DNA from: an uncultured Akkermansia sp.
GTDB lineage: Bacteria > Verrucomicrobiota > Verrucomicrobiia > Verrucomicrobiales > Akkermansiaceae
DNA: 64,000 nt
Assembly (NCBI GenBank): GCA_964525305.1
Contig: CAZGGR010000004.1
Span: 37,684-101,683, forward strand
Direction: 5' to 3'
Shown: positions 27,954-37,244 of the stretch, one piece after another
Layout: each line of letters opens with the position of its first letter
How positions within the stretch are numbered: position 1 is the first letter of the stretch
Position numbers and translations under genes: made by a program
Notes under the pieces: model-generated
Databases searched by the model: none
What the model was told of the DNA's origin: nothing
What the model saw: only the letters and a program-made list of their open reading frames with translations

Positions 27954-28313
27954 ATGGACGAGAATCAACCGATTGATATTCGGACTTTGGGAAGTTGGTT
28001 AGAAAAACAAAAAATTTCTCGTACAGAACTTGCTTCTTCTCTCGGGCTATCTAGAAGCACTATTGATAACTACTTTTCCAAAGGCACTATTCCTAAACAC
28101 ATCCAAATTCTGATTTCTCGTTATATTCAATGGCGTGACCCAGTATCCACTCAAGAACTCTTTTCCAATATTACTATTCCATTAAGTAACAGAGTTTTAA
28201 ACCTTGTTATGCAAGCGGCAGTTAAAAAAGGTATATCCTTAGAAGAGTTCCTTGCATTCTCCGCAGAAGAAACCGCCAAAGCAACAATTCAGGGGACCTT
28301 CCAAAATCTCTAA
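27954..28313 (+). CDS. small helix-turn-helix DNA-binding protein
   Basis: 119 aa. ISRTELASSLGLSRSTIDNYFSKG is an XRE-like HTH. The C-half is uncharacterised. Confidence 0.68.
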   Translation: MDENQPIDIRTLGSWLEKQKISRTELASSLGLSRSTIDNYFSKGTIPKHIQILISRYIQWRDPVSTQELFSNITIPLSNRVLNLVMQAAVKKGISLEEFLAFSAEETAKATIQGTFQNL

Positions 28314-28563
28314 ATCCTCTCTCTATTCTAAACCAAGACTCATAAAAAAAGAACTAAAAAGGACTTTGCATCCATTAATCTCTTTGCTGTAAACATCAAA
28401 CCAATTCGTAAAAGCTCCCCTAAAGTGACGAACTAACAGGTAAAGTCTTTTTATACTACAAATAACTTTCACTAAAAGGATTCATCAAAGGCATTATTGT
28501 CCAGTCACGGCATGACACGTCAATTTATTTGAAACTACTCCTAATAGCGGTACAACCCATGCC

Positions 28564-29796
28564 ATGAGCCGAACAAGAGATGAATTGGCGGCGGAAACCG
28601 CACCACCCGTCAAAGCTCCTCTTTGGACACGAGACTACATTTTAGCCTGTTGTGCCAACCTGATGACGGGGTTAGCGTTTTATGAATTGGTTCCAGTTCT
28701 ACCATTGTACCTGACAGGCCAAATGCAAGTATCTTCCGGCTGGTTGGGCTGGATTATGTCCATTTACGTCTTAGCGGCCATTATATCCCGTCCTTGGTTT
28801 GCGCATCGAGTAGATACTGGAGACCGTAAAAAGATTTACATTACTGCTTACCTCCTACTAGCATTGTCCTTTTCCGGCTATAGTATAGCAGCAACGGCTC
28901 TCACGTTTTTCTTTACGCGTTTCATTCAGGGGTTAATTTGGGGAGGAATGACAACATCCGGGCCAACTATGGCCGTAGACATTATCCCCCCTTCTCGACG
29001 AGGAGAGGGACTAGGCTTTTTCGGTATGACGATGACATTGGGAATGTGTCTGGGACCAATCATCGGACTTCAAATATACCGTCGATTCGATTTTGACGCT
29101 ATTACATGGAGCTCCTTGCTTCTCTGTTTGACAGGAGCTGGGATAGCTTCCCTCATTCATGCACCGAAGAACCCCGTCCAAGAACCTGTACAAGAAACGC
29201 CCAAAAAGGTACTGGATCGGCTTGTATTACGGGTAGGCATCCCTTTAGCTGTGAATGTTATCATGGCCTCGTTCTCTTATGGCGTTGTAGTTGTTTATTC
29301 TGCTCTGTACGGGAAAATGTACGGCTTTAAATATGCCGGCATGTTTTACGCACTTATGGGAATCGGGATGTTGGTTTCCCGATTCATGGTGGGTAGACAA
29401 ATTGATCGTGGACGAGTAGCTGAGCTTTCCGTCATCTCTTTAAGCATTTTGACTATCAGCTTTGGATCCCTAGCATTTATTCCGTTGGAATGGGTCTATT
29501 ATACTTGTGCCGTTCTCATCGGCTTTGGTTTCGGTATTTTCATCCCGACATTCCAAACCATGAAACTAAATATGGCAGACAGAGGTCATCGAGGCGCCGT
29601 CAATTCTACATTTTTTACTGCTTTTGATATCGGTGTAGGAACAGGGATGTTCCTAGGAGGCAAGATTTATGCATATTTAAATCTAAATTGGTCTTTTGGA
29701 ACAGGAGCATTGCTAAATCTACTGGCCATTGTCTATTTTTACCGTATTTCTTTGGATCATTACCGGAAGAACAAATTAGGTGTAGATTCAGATTGA
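28564..29796 (+). CDS. MFS transporter
   Basis: 410 aa with about 12 hydrophobic segments and the MFS loop motif DTGDRKK between TM2 and TM3. Confidence 0.88.
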   Translation: MSRTRDELAAETAPPVKAPLWTRDYILACCANLMTGLAFYELVPVLPLYLTGQMQVSSGWLGWIMSIYVLAAIISRPWFAHRVDTGDRKKIYITAYLLLALSFSGYSIAATALTFFFTRFIQGLIWGGMTTSGPTMAVDIIPPSRRGEGLGFFGMTMTLGMCLGPIIGLQIYRRFDFDAITWSSLLLCLTGAGIASLIHAPKNPVQEPVQETPKKVLDRLVLRVGIPLAVNVIMASFSYGVVVVYSALYGKMYGFKYAGMFYALMGIGMLVSRFMVGRQIDRGRVAELSVISLSILTISFGSLAFIPLEWVYYTCAVLIGFGFGIFIPTFQTMKLNMADRGHRGAVNSTFFTAFDIGVGTGMFLGGKIYAYLNLNWSFGTGALLNLLAIVYFYRISLDHYRKNKLGVDSD

Positions 29797-29807
29797 TTTT
29801 TCTTTCG

Positions 29808-30758
29808 TCACTTTCGTTTAGACAAAGAAAAAATATTTATCAACTTTTGAGCATTCGGTCTCACGCGTAACAAGCGTGGATTCCAAGCCAAAGAAATATT
29901 GCGAGTAAGACTATTCAATACCGGATGAGTGAACTTAATAAACCCAGCATCCAACTCTTTCTCTGCCATACAAGGTAAAATGGCCATGAATACCCCACTC
30001 TTCAACAGTCGTGCGGAGGAAGGAAAAGACTGCGTTTCACACTGCACTTGAAGATTGAGACCATATTTTTTACAATTCTGTTTCAATGATCTATAAAAAC
30101 CCGAACCACTCCCCAATGTAGTTAAAGGGAACATTTCCAACAGCTGACCAAAATCAGTTTCTGGATCAATTCTCTGTTTTTTCATCAATGATTCAGGAAT
30201 ATACAGTGCATAATCCATGGAGCAAATAATTCGACTTTCTAATCCTTCTGCGGTTAATGCACTGGTACGTACAATTCCGAAGTCTACATCCATGTTTTGC
30301 AATTTAATAGGGATTTCGCTGTTACGAAGATTTTCTAATGCAAAAATCCATGGGGAATTGTACCTTTGAAGCTCTGCTAATACAGGAACGGCTAACCATG
30401 AAAGCAAACTATCCCCTGCTCCAATTGTAACCCGATAGGGCATATTAAGACTCCGAATTTTAAAATTTTCCAACACATCCAGACTTTCTTTAGAGAGTCT
30501 TACCAATTCATCCCCTGCTTTAGTCAGAACTAACACTCTGCCACTACGGCGTACCAACTCAACGCCAAAGAATTCTTCTAACTCTTTGATTTGCCTAGAA
30601 TACAAGCTTTGACGCGAACTATCGCCTCTTGCTGCGGCAGCTATACTTCCCTTTTTAGCTACCTCTATTAAGGTCCTTAATCTATCCAGTGATAACCCTC
30701 GTTCAGAGAAAAGACTTTCAAACATAACTATATAGTCATGATACATGAATAATTTCAT
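29808..30758 (-). CDS. LysR-family transcriptional regulator
   Basis: N-terminal wHTH LRTLIEVAKKGSIAAAARGDSSRQSLYSRQIKELEEFFGVELVRR and a LysR substrate-binding C-domain. Divergent from rtcB. The start may be an internal Met. Confidence 0.88.
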   Translation of the reverse strand: MKLFMYHDYIVMFESLFSERGLSLDRLRTLIEVAKKGSIAAAARGDSSRQSLYSRQIKELEEFFGVELVRRSGRVLVLTKAGDELVRLSKESLDVLENFKIRSLNMPYRVTIGAGDSLLSWLAVPVLAELQRYNSPWIFALENLRNSEIPIKLQNMDVDFGIVRTSALTAEGLESRIICSMDYALYIPESLMKKQRIDPETDFGQLLEMFPLTTLGSGSGFYRSLKQNCKKYGLNLQVQCETQSFPSSARLLKSGVFMAILPCMAEKELDAGFIKFTHPVLNSLTRNISLAWNPRLLRVRPNAQKLINIFSLSKRK

Positions 30759-30851
30759 AATGCAAGAGTAAGAAAATACGATATGATCACAGAGTCACAA
30801 GTCATGGCGAGTGCTTCAACAAAATCTCCGAGCTAACAAAAAATCACAACA

Positions 30852-31964
30852 ATGATTACTATCGACGGAAAATATACAGAAGCTCTCGTATACACAGATG
30901 AATTGGAAGATTCGGCTCTCTCTCAAATCAAGGATGTCTGTGACCATCCAGCGTTTGAAGGGAGTCATGTACGAATCATGCCGGACGTGCATGCCGGAGC
31001 AGGCTGCGTTATCGGGTTCACAGCGGAAATGAAAACGGACAAAGTCATTCCTAATCTGATTGGCGTAGATATTGGCTGCGGAGTGCTTACAGCCATCCTG
31101 CCCGATTTGCCAGATTTCTTGCGGTTTGACGAACATCTGCGCAAAAGCATACCGTCCGGCATGAACGTACGCACTTCCGTTCACCACGCCTTACAGGAAA
31201 ATCAAGAACTAGATGAAGAAATAAGCCGAATCTGCAAAGACGTGCTAAAAAAAGATAAAAATAGACATCGTCGTTCCATAGGATCTTTGGGAGGAGGCAA
31301 TCATTTTATTGAAATTGCACAGGGAAACAATCACGCCTTCCTGTGTATCCATTCAGGATCACGTAACTTCGGTTTACAAATTGCGACTCACTATCAGCAA
31401 TTAGCCGTAGCCAATTGTCCTGACAGTTATCTTAAGGAAAACAAGAAAGGACTCTGCTACCTACAAGGAGAAGATAAACAAAACTATATACGGGATATGA
31501 AAGTAGCGCAGCAATTCGCTGCCCTGAACCGTCGCGTTATCCTGCATGAACTATTAGGAAATGATGTGGAAACAGAAAGTTTCGACACCGTACATAACTA
31601 CATTGCAGAGGACAACATTATTCGCAAAGGAGCGGTTCGAGCCGGATTGGGTGAAAAACTCATCATTCCATTGAACATGCGAGACGGATCCGTCATCTGC
31701 ATCGGTAAGGGTAATGTTGATTTCAATTACTCATCTCCACATGGAGCAGGCCGTTGTCTTTCCAGAACCAAAGCAAAAACGCTTCTTTCTATGGAAGAAT
31801 ATACAGCCTCGATGGAGGGAATATTTTCCACTTGTGTTTCTCTTGCAACATTGGATGAAGCCCCCATGGCTTACAATGATAAAGAAAAAATCCTGAGTAA
31901 TATCTATGAAACAGCGGAGATTATTGAACATATAAAACCCGTATACAACTTCAAGGCGCCCTAA
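30852..31964 (+). CDS. rtcB: RtcB-family RNA 3'-phosphate ligase (compact form)
   Basis: 370 aa with the RtcB motif series in order: MPDVHAGAGCVIG, GVDIGCG, GGGNHFIEI, HSGSRNFG, VHNY, SPHGAGR, LDEAPMAYND. Confidence 0.9.
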   Translation: MITIDGKYTEALVYTDELEDSALSQIKDVCDHPAFEGSHVRIMPDVHAGAGCVIGFTAEMKTDKVIPNLIGVDIGCGVLTAILPDLPDFLRFDEHLRKSIPSGMNVRTSVHHALQENQELDEEISRICKDVLKKDKNRHRRSIGSLGGGNHFIEIAQGNNHAFLCIHSGSRNFGLQIATHYQQLAVANCPDSYLKENKKGLCYLQGEDKQNYIRDMKVAQQFAALNRRVILHELLGNDVETESFDTVHNYIAEDNIIRKGAVRAGLGEKLIIPLNMRDGSVICIGKGNVDFNYSSPHGAGRCLSRTKAKTLLSMEEYTASMEGIFSTCVSLATLDEAPMAYNDKEKILSNIYETAEIIEHIKPVYNFKAP

Positions 31965-32001
31965 TAATCAAGCGTCCCAATACCCAAATTCCCCACTCCC
32001 T

Positions 32002-32029
32002 GCCCCTCCTTGAAGGAGGGGCTTTTTTT
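32002..32029 (+). terminator. rho-independent terminator after rtcB
   Basis: GCCCCUCC-UUGAA-GGAGGGGC followed by U7. Confidence 0.75.
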
Positions 32030-32110
32030 GTCTTTCAATATTATTTCTAGTCACCACTTACCATTGGACAATCGGCGTTAGCTCATGACATAATAGACTA
32101 AATTCTTCTC

Positions 32111-32626
32111 ATGAGGGCAGAGTCAAACAACAATAAATGTGGCAACAACCAGTTACGTTTTTGGGCAGCCATTCTGACAATCCCTCTTTTTTTGGCAGGT
32201 ACAGCATTGTTTTCTTTTTTATGGAATGTTCCTATGGACAAACTGATGCTACCATATTCAAAAGGTTCCCCAATTACTATTCTTGTTAAAACATCTTCTA
32301 ATACTCAACGGTCCATCCAATGCGAACAACCAGAGCATTCCTTTTTATTTCTTCCACTCGAACAATATGCCCAAAACATTACCAATGCAGGGCATCTGGA
32401 TTTTTCAAACTATTCACTACAAGAAATAGAAATACGTATGGATAATGTCTCCATCGGCCTAAGTCCTTCGCTGATTATTTTCAACTTTCGTACTAAATAC
32501 GGATTCTGCATGCAAACAAGTAAAAAACCAAATGCTACAGACCAAGTCATTTACCAATGGTTAAAAAATAAACTACACCATACTATTACAGGAACATTAT
32601 CCGTCCCATTCCAACAACCGTGGTGA
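32111..32626 (+). CDS. hypothetical membrane-anchored protein
   Basis: 171 aa with one N-terminal hydrophobic helix (FWAAILTIPLFLAGTALFSFLW) and no recognisable motif. AT-rich. Confidence 0.45.
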   Translation: MRAESNNNKCGNNQLRFWAAILTIPLFLAGTALFSFLWNVPMDKLMLPYSKGSPITILVKTSSNTQRSIQCEQPEHSFLFLPLEQYAQNITNAGHLDFSNYSLQEIEIRMDNVSIGLSPSLIIFNFRTKYGFCMQTSKKPNATDQVIYQWLKNKLHHTITGTLSVPFQQPW

Positions 32627-32656
32627 CAAGAAATGATTTATTCACCATTCTCTGAT

Positions 32657-33271
32657 TTATTGTACAATTGTGACGGGAGTACCTATTTTTACGATTCGGA
32701 AAAGAGGCTCACAAGAAGAACGAGTCATACGGATACAACCATGAGACTGAGGTGTTCGGAACACAGGACCTACGTGTAATCCTATACCTCCATTCGTCAA
32801 CCTCATAAAATAAGGCATGGACGCACCGTATAAATTGGAAACATGATGCACTTTTTTTTCTGTAATACGAAATTCTCCTACAGGAGTACGATGGGAAGTT
32901 GTACCTAAACAAACGGGAAAATCCATAGCCACATCATTTCCCACCATCAATTGTCCCCTCTGTATTCCTCGGCGAATCACCACTCTTGTATTACTGAAAG
33001 ATGCCTTTTTCATAAGGAGCTGATTCATCCACTCGTCATGAACTTCTGTATAATCGACTCCTGCAACGATAACCTTGGTATTAGTCCTATAGGAAGACAT
33101 CGGCATAGCTACCGGGAGATAAACCATATGCAAATCTTCTTCCTGAGGATCAGAACAAGAAATAGCTGTTCCTATGACAGTTACCCCTACAATAACATAT
33201 AACGTTTTATTTATATTCATCATTTTTATTCCTTTTGTGGAGTTGGACAAAAACAGCGATTTATTTTTCAT
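32657..33271 (-). CDS. L,D-transpeptidase (YkuD domain)
   Basis: Active-site block GIGLHVGP....SHGCIRM. N-terminal anchor and lipobox-like AISCS. The start may be the internal MMNINK. Confidence 0.85.
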   Translation of the reverse strand: MKNKSLFLSNSTKGIKMMNINKTLYVIVGVTVIGTAISCSDPQEEDLHMVYLPVAMPMSSYRTNTKVIVAGVDYTEVHDEWMNQLLMKKASFSNTRVVIRRGIQRGQLMVGNDVAMDFPVCLGTTSHRTPVGEFRITEKKVHHVSNLYGASMPYFMRLTNGGIGLHVGPVFRTPQSHGCIRMTRSSCEPLFRIVKIGTPVTIVQ

Positions 33272-33501
33272 ATCTCATGACGTACCACATGAACAATCCT
33301 TAGCCCAAGAAATAAACGCCAAAACAATCTATATGAAGGAAGTTTATAATCCCTTATATAGAAAAAGGATTACTTAAGGCAAAAGAGAAAAAATTGCCAT
33401 CCTGTACACAGATTCCTTGCCTTATCACATTCGGTCTGTATAGTACCCGCGACCGCAAAGAAAGCGGTCACCTGTTTACAGTTAACCCTCTATTCCGCAT
33501 C

Positions 33502-36255
33502 ATGACCAAGATTGCCAAGAGTACGTTTACCACGGGGACCGGAGCCCCAGGACTGTTTTATTCACTGCCTGCACTGGCAGAAAACGGGTATCCCGGCCTA
33601 AACCGTCTGCCTGTCTCCATCAGAATCGTTTTGGAATCCCTGCTCCGCAATTGCGATGGTCTAAAAGTAACAGAAAAAGACGTACACAATCTAGCATCCT
33701 GGAATGCCAAAAATCCAGGCGAATATGAAATCCCGTTTACCGTGTCCCGCATTGTCCTACAGGACCTGACTGGAGTACCTTTACTCGTAGACCTTGCAGC
33801 CATGCGTTCTGCAGTAGCCGAGCTAGGTAAAGACGCTACTGTAATTGAACCACTTGTACCGGTAGACTTGGTAGTTGATCATTCTGTTCAAGTGGATTGG
33901 GCCGGTTGTAAAGATGCACTAGAAAAGAATCTGGATATAGAATTCCAACGTAATAGGGAACGCTACGAGTTCCTTAAATGGGGACAACAGGCTTTCCAAA
34001 CATTCTCTGTAATTCCTCCTTCCGTAGGTATTGTGCACCAAGTCAATCTAGAATATTTGGCGCAGGGGGTCATGAAAAAAGACGACGTTTATTTCCCTGA
34101 CACCTTAGTAGGCACTGATTCCCACACCACAATGATCAATGGTCTTGGCGTTGTAGGATGGGGCGTTGGTGGTATTGAAGCGGAAGCAGGTATGCTTGGC
34201 CAACCCGTTACCTTCCTAGTGCCAGAAGTTGTAGGCGTTCATATGACGAGCAAGCTCAGTGAAGGAGTGACTGCCACGGATCTGGCACTGCACGTTACCA
34301 AGATGTTGCGTGAACATGGAGTAGTGGGCAAATTTGTAGAGTTTTTTGGAGAGGGCGCCGCAGCTTTACCACTGGCAGATCGAGCTACCGTTGCAAACAT
34401 GGCCCCAGAATATGGTGCCACGATGGGCTTCTTTCCTATGGATGATCGCTGTTCTGATTACTTACGCCAAACCGGCAGAAGTGAAGAATCTATTATCACA
34501 TATGAAAATTACTTTAAAGCCCAGGGGCTATGGGGAATGCCCCATAATGGAGAACTGGACTACACGGACCAATTGGAACTGGATCTGTCTTCAGTAAAAC
34601 CTGCTGTATCAGGTCCCAAACGGCCTCAAGATCACATCTGCCTTGATACAATCAAATACAGCTTCCAAAACCTCCTCTCTGCACCTACAACAGAAGGAGG
34701 TTACGGCAAAAAAGAGACGCCCTCTGTTTCAGTAACCATGCATTCTCCGGCGGGAGTTCCTGTGCCAATAGACGGCTTCAATCAAAAAGCGGAACTAAAA
34801 GATGGTAGCATCCTCATTGCCGCCATCACCTCCTGTACCAATACATCTAATCCAGGTCTCATGCTTGCTGCGGGCTTGCTGGCTAAAAAAGCAGTTGCCC
34901 GTGGTTTAAAAGTACCACCGCATGTCAAAACATCTATCGCTCCTGGTTCTCGTATAGCTTCAGACTACTTTGCAATCAACCAACTTCAGGCTTCCTTAGA
35001 CGCCCTCGGTTTTGAAACCGTTGGGTATGGATGCACCACTTGCATCGGCAACTCCGGACCACTGAATCCAGAACTGGAACAAGCAGTTAAGGATTACGAT
35101 ATTGTTACCGCATCCGTCCTGTCTGGCAACCGTAACTTTGAAGCACGCATCCACGCCTCTATTAAAACTAATTTCCTGATGTCTCCTCCATTGGTAGTCG
35201 CCTTTGCTCTGGCCGGGCATGTAGACATCGATTTCAAAACAGAGCCGCTGGGCATAGACAAATCAGGAACACCTGTATTCCTTAAAGACATCTGGCCCAG
35301 TGCCAAAGAAATTGCAGAATCCGTTGCTAAAGCTCGTAATCCGGAAGCATACCGAGAACTTTACACCATCACACCAAACAAAAATCCAAGATGGGCGGCT
35401 GTATATGCGCCGGAAGGAGCCGTTTTCCAATGGAACGAAAGTTCCACCTATATTCAAGATCCGCCTTTTTTCTGCGACTTTAACGGACAACCCCGTTCGT
35501 TGTCAGACATTCTAGAAGCCCGCCCCTTGGGTATCTTTGGAGACTCCGTTACGACAGACCATATTTCCCCAGCCGGAGCCATCCGAGAAACTGGTCCCGC
35601 AGGACTGTATCTTCAAAATATGGGTGTGAACAGAAAGGACTTTAACTCCTTTGGCTCTCGTCGCGGCAATGACCGGGTCATGACCCGAGGCACCTTTGCT
35701 AACGTACGCATTAAAAACCTCATGGTAGACGGCACAGAAGGTGGTTACACGTTATACTTCGGCAATCAAGCCGTTCCCGCACCAGATAAACCAATAGCAC
35801 CTACCATGGGCACCCCGGCTTTCATTTATGATGCAGCCATGGCCTATGCCCAAGATGGGGTTCCGCTCATCGTCATCGGAGGAGAAGACTACGGAATGGG
35901 CTCATCCCGAGACTGGGCAGCCAAAGGAACCAGCCTATTAGGCGTCAAAGCCGTTATTACCAAAAGTTTTGAACGTATTCACCGATCCAACCTTATTGGT
36001 ATGGGCGTTTTACCCCTTAACTTTGTCAATAAGGAAGACTATGACCGCATTGCATCATTAAAGGATGTTACATTCTCCATCTTGGGACTAAATAATAATA
36101 TCACACCACGCCAACAAGTCATATTGCGAGTTCAACCGTCAAATGCAAAAGGATTTGACGTACCGGTCATCATTCGTATTGATACGCCCATTGAAAAAGA
36201 ATACTACCTAGCTGGCGGTATTTTACAATACGTCCTTACTCAAATTCTCAAATAA
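33502..36255 (+). CDS. acnA: aconitate hydratase A
   Basis: About 917 aa. Fe-S ligand regions ([28 protein letters not shown]) and the swivel domain ([16 protein letters not shown]). The start is set at the ATG at 33502, not the TTG at 33394. Confidence 0.95.
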   Translation: MTKIAKSTFTTGTGAPGLFYSLPALAENGYPGLNRLPVSIRIVLESLLRNCDGLKVTEKDVHNLASWNAKNPGEYEIPFTVSRIVLQDLTGVPLLVDLAAMRSAVAELGKDATVIEPLVPVDLVVDHSVQVDWAGCKDALEKNLDIEFQRNRERYEFLKWGQQAFQTFSVIPPSVGIVHQVNLEYLAQGVMKKDDVYFPDTLVGTDSHTTMINGLGVVGWGVGGIEAEAGMLGQPVTFLVPEVVGVHMTSKLSEGVTATDLALHVTKMLREHGVVGKFVEFFGEGAAALPLADRATVANMAPEYGATMGFFPMDDRCSDYLRQTGRSEESIITYENYFKAQGLWGMPHNGELDYTDQLELDLSSVKPAVSGPKRPQDHICLDTIKYSFQNLLSAPTTEGGYGKKETPSVSVTMHSPAGVPVPIDGFNQKAELKDGSILIAAITSCTNTSNPGLMLAAGLLAKKAVARGLKVPPHVKTSIAPGSRIASDYFAINQLQASLDALGFETVGYGCTTCIGNSGPLNPELEQAVKDYDIVTASVLSGNRNFEARIHASIKTNFLMSPPLVVAFALAGHVDIDFKTEPLGIDKSGTPVFLKDIWPSAKEIAESVAKARNPEAYRELYTITPNKNPRWAAVYAPEGAVFQWNESSTYIQDPPFFCDFNGQPRSLSDILEARPLGIFGDSVTTDHISPAGAIRETGPAGLYLQNMGVNRKDFNSFGSRRGNDRVMTRGTFANVRIKNLMVDGTEGGYTLYFGNQAVPAPDKPIAPTMGTPAFIYDAAMAYAQDGVPLIVIGGEDYGMGSSRDWAAKGTSLLGVKAVITKSFERIHRSNLIGMGVLPLNFVNKEDYDRIASLKDVTFSILGLNNNITPRQQVILRVQPSNAKGFDVPVIIRIDTPIEKEYYLAGGILQYVLTQILK

Positions 36256-36283
36256 CAGTAACAAGAAAGCTACTTATTTCCCA

Positions 36284-36329
36284 AAACGATCTGCTCTTAG
36301 AAAATGGGCAGATCGTTTAATTTTTATTT
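36284..36329 (+). terminator. rho-independent terminator after acnA
   Basis: An 11-bp stem AAACGAUCUGC ... GCAGAUCGUUU with a 13-nt loop, followed by a U-rich tract. Confidence 0.65.
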
Positions 36330-36425
36330 CAGTTACATTATTCGTAATGTAAGGCCTATTAAGTTTGCTTATACTAATTCCAGATTCTGCTTGCAATCCT
36401 TCCGTGCTATTTTTAGAACAAGTGC

Positions 36426-37091
36426 ATGGAATACAAATCTGCCTGGACAGGTTTTCTTGCCGTATTTGTTGCCCTCGCATTCTGCTCATGCTCACAGAAT
36501 GATAAAATGAGGCCACCAGCCATCTCCTTTAAAGCCCAAACAGCACCAGTTGTCCCTCGTACCCCCGGCCAGATGAGTCGAGAAGTGGGTATTCGTGTCT
36601 CCTATATGCCTAAAAACACATATGCCCGCAGACACGCTTCTTCCATGCGCCCCCGTTTTATCACCATACACAGCACAGCTAACCCTAAGGGCGATGCCAA
36701 TGCTCATTCCCGCTATCTAAACAGTGGTAAATCCCGCAGTTTAAATTGGCACTTTACCGTTGACCAATTCGGAGCCTATCAGCATATTCCAACCACAGAA
36801 ACAGGTCACCATGCAGATCATTCCGGACCAGGAGACCAATACTCCGTTGCTATTGAAATGTGCGAATGTACATCTCATAATCCCGCTATCATTTACAATA
36901 AAACTGCTAAACTAACGGCTCTGCTAATGATGCGCTACAATGTTCCTCTACGCAACGTGGTTCCACACAACTACTGGTCTGGCAAAAATTGCCCTGCTCC
37001 ATTGATGACTAACGGCAAACCTGGCTATAAATGGAGCTGGTTTATCTCCCGTGTGGACTATTACTACCGTTGCCTTCAAGCAGGGAAATAA
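36426..37091 (+). CDS. N-acetylmuramoyl-L-alanine amidase (Amidase_2 / PGRP-type) lipoprotein
   Basis: Lipobox ALAFCSC. Amidase_2 pattern ITIHSTAN...NAHSRY...NWHFTVD...HA...VVPHNYWSGKNCP. Confidence 0.82.
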   Translation: MEYKSAWTGFLAVFVALAFCSCSQNDKMRPPAISFKAQTAPVVPRTPGQMSREVGIRVSYMPKNTYARRHASSMRPRFITIHSTANPKGDANAHSRYLNSGKSRSLNWHFTVDQFGAYQHIPTTETGHHADHSGPGDQYSVAIEMCECTSHNPAIIYNKTAKLTALLMMRYNVPLRNVVPHNYWSGKNCPAPLMTNGKPGYKWSWFISRVDYYYRCLQAGK

Positions 37092-37244
37092 GCCCCATTC
37101 TTTATGTAAATCATCCGTAGTTTTACCGCTAAATATTTTAAAAGAGCCACTGCTAGCCATTCACGCATCTATCAAATTCCGTGATAGTTCTTCGAAAGAA
37201 GATAGCTAAAAAAGTTTTCTTTTCTCAATTCCCCAAGCTAGCAC

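Noticed and set aside
29797-29807. Very short convergent gaps: MFS/LysR at 11 nt and recN/copA at 18 nt (52168..52185).
   Set aside because: I considered overlapping 3' UTRs or antisense regulation. No hairpins or motifs are present, so nothing can be claimed from sequence alone.
30816-31187. A 123-aa minus-strand ORF overlapping the rtcB 5' end and the LysR-rtcB intergenic region.
   Set aside because: It overlaps the strongly supported rtcB N-terminus (MPDVHAGAGC motif) and has no features of its own.
33394-33501. N-terminal extensions in the ORF track. Examples are acnA from the TTG at 33394, GH20 from 61164, adk to 5676, rplO to 7756, ppk1 to 2270, recN from 50410, mscL from 58940 and GH16 from 54538.
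   Set aside because: In each case an internal ATG aligns with the conserved family N-terminus or a signal peptide. The extension either overlaps the neighbouring gene or reads as non-protein-like sequence.
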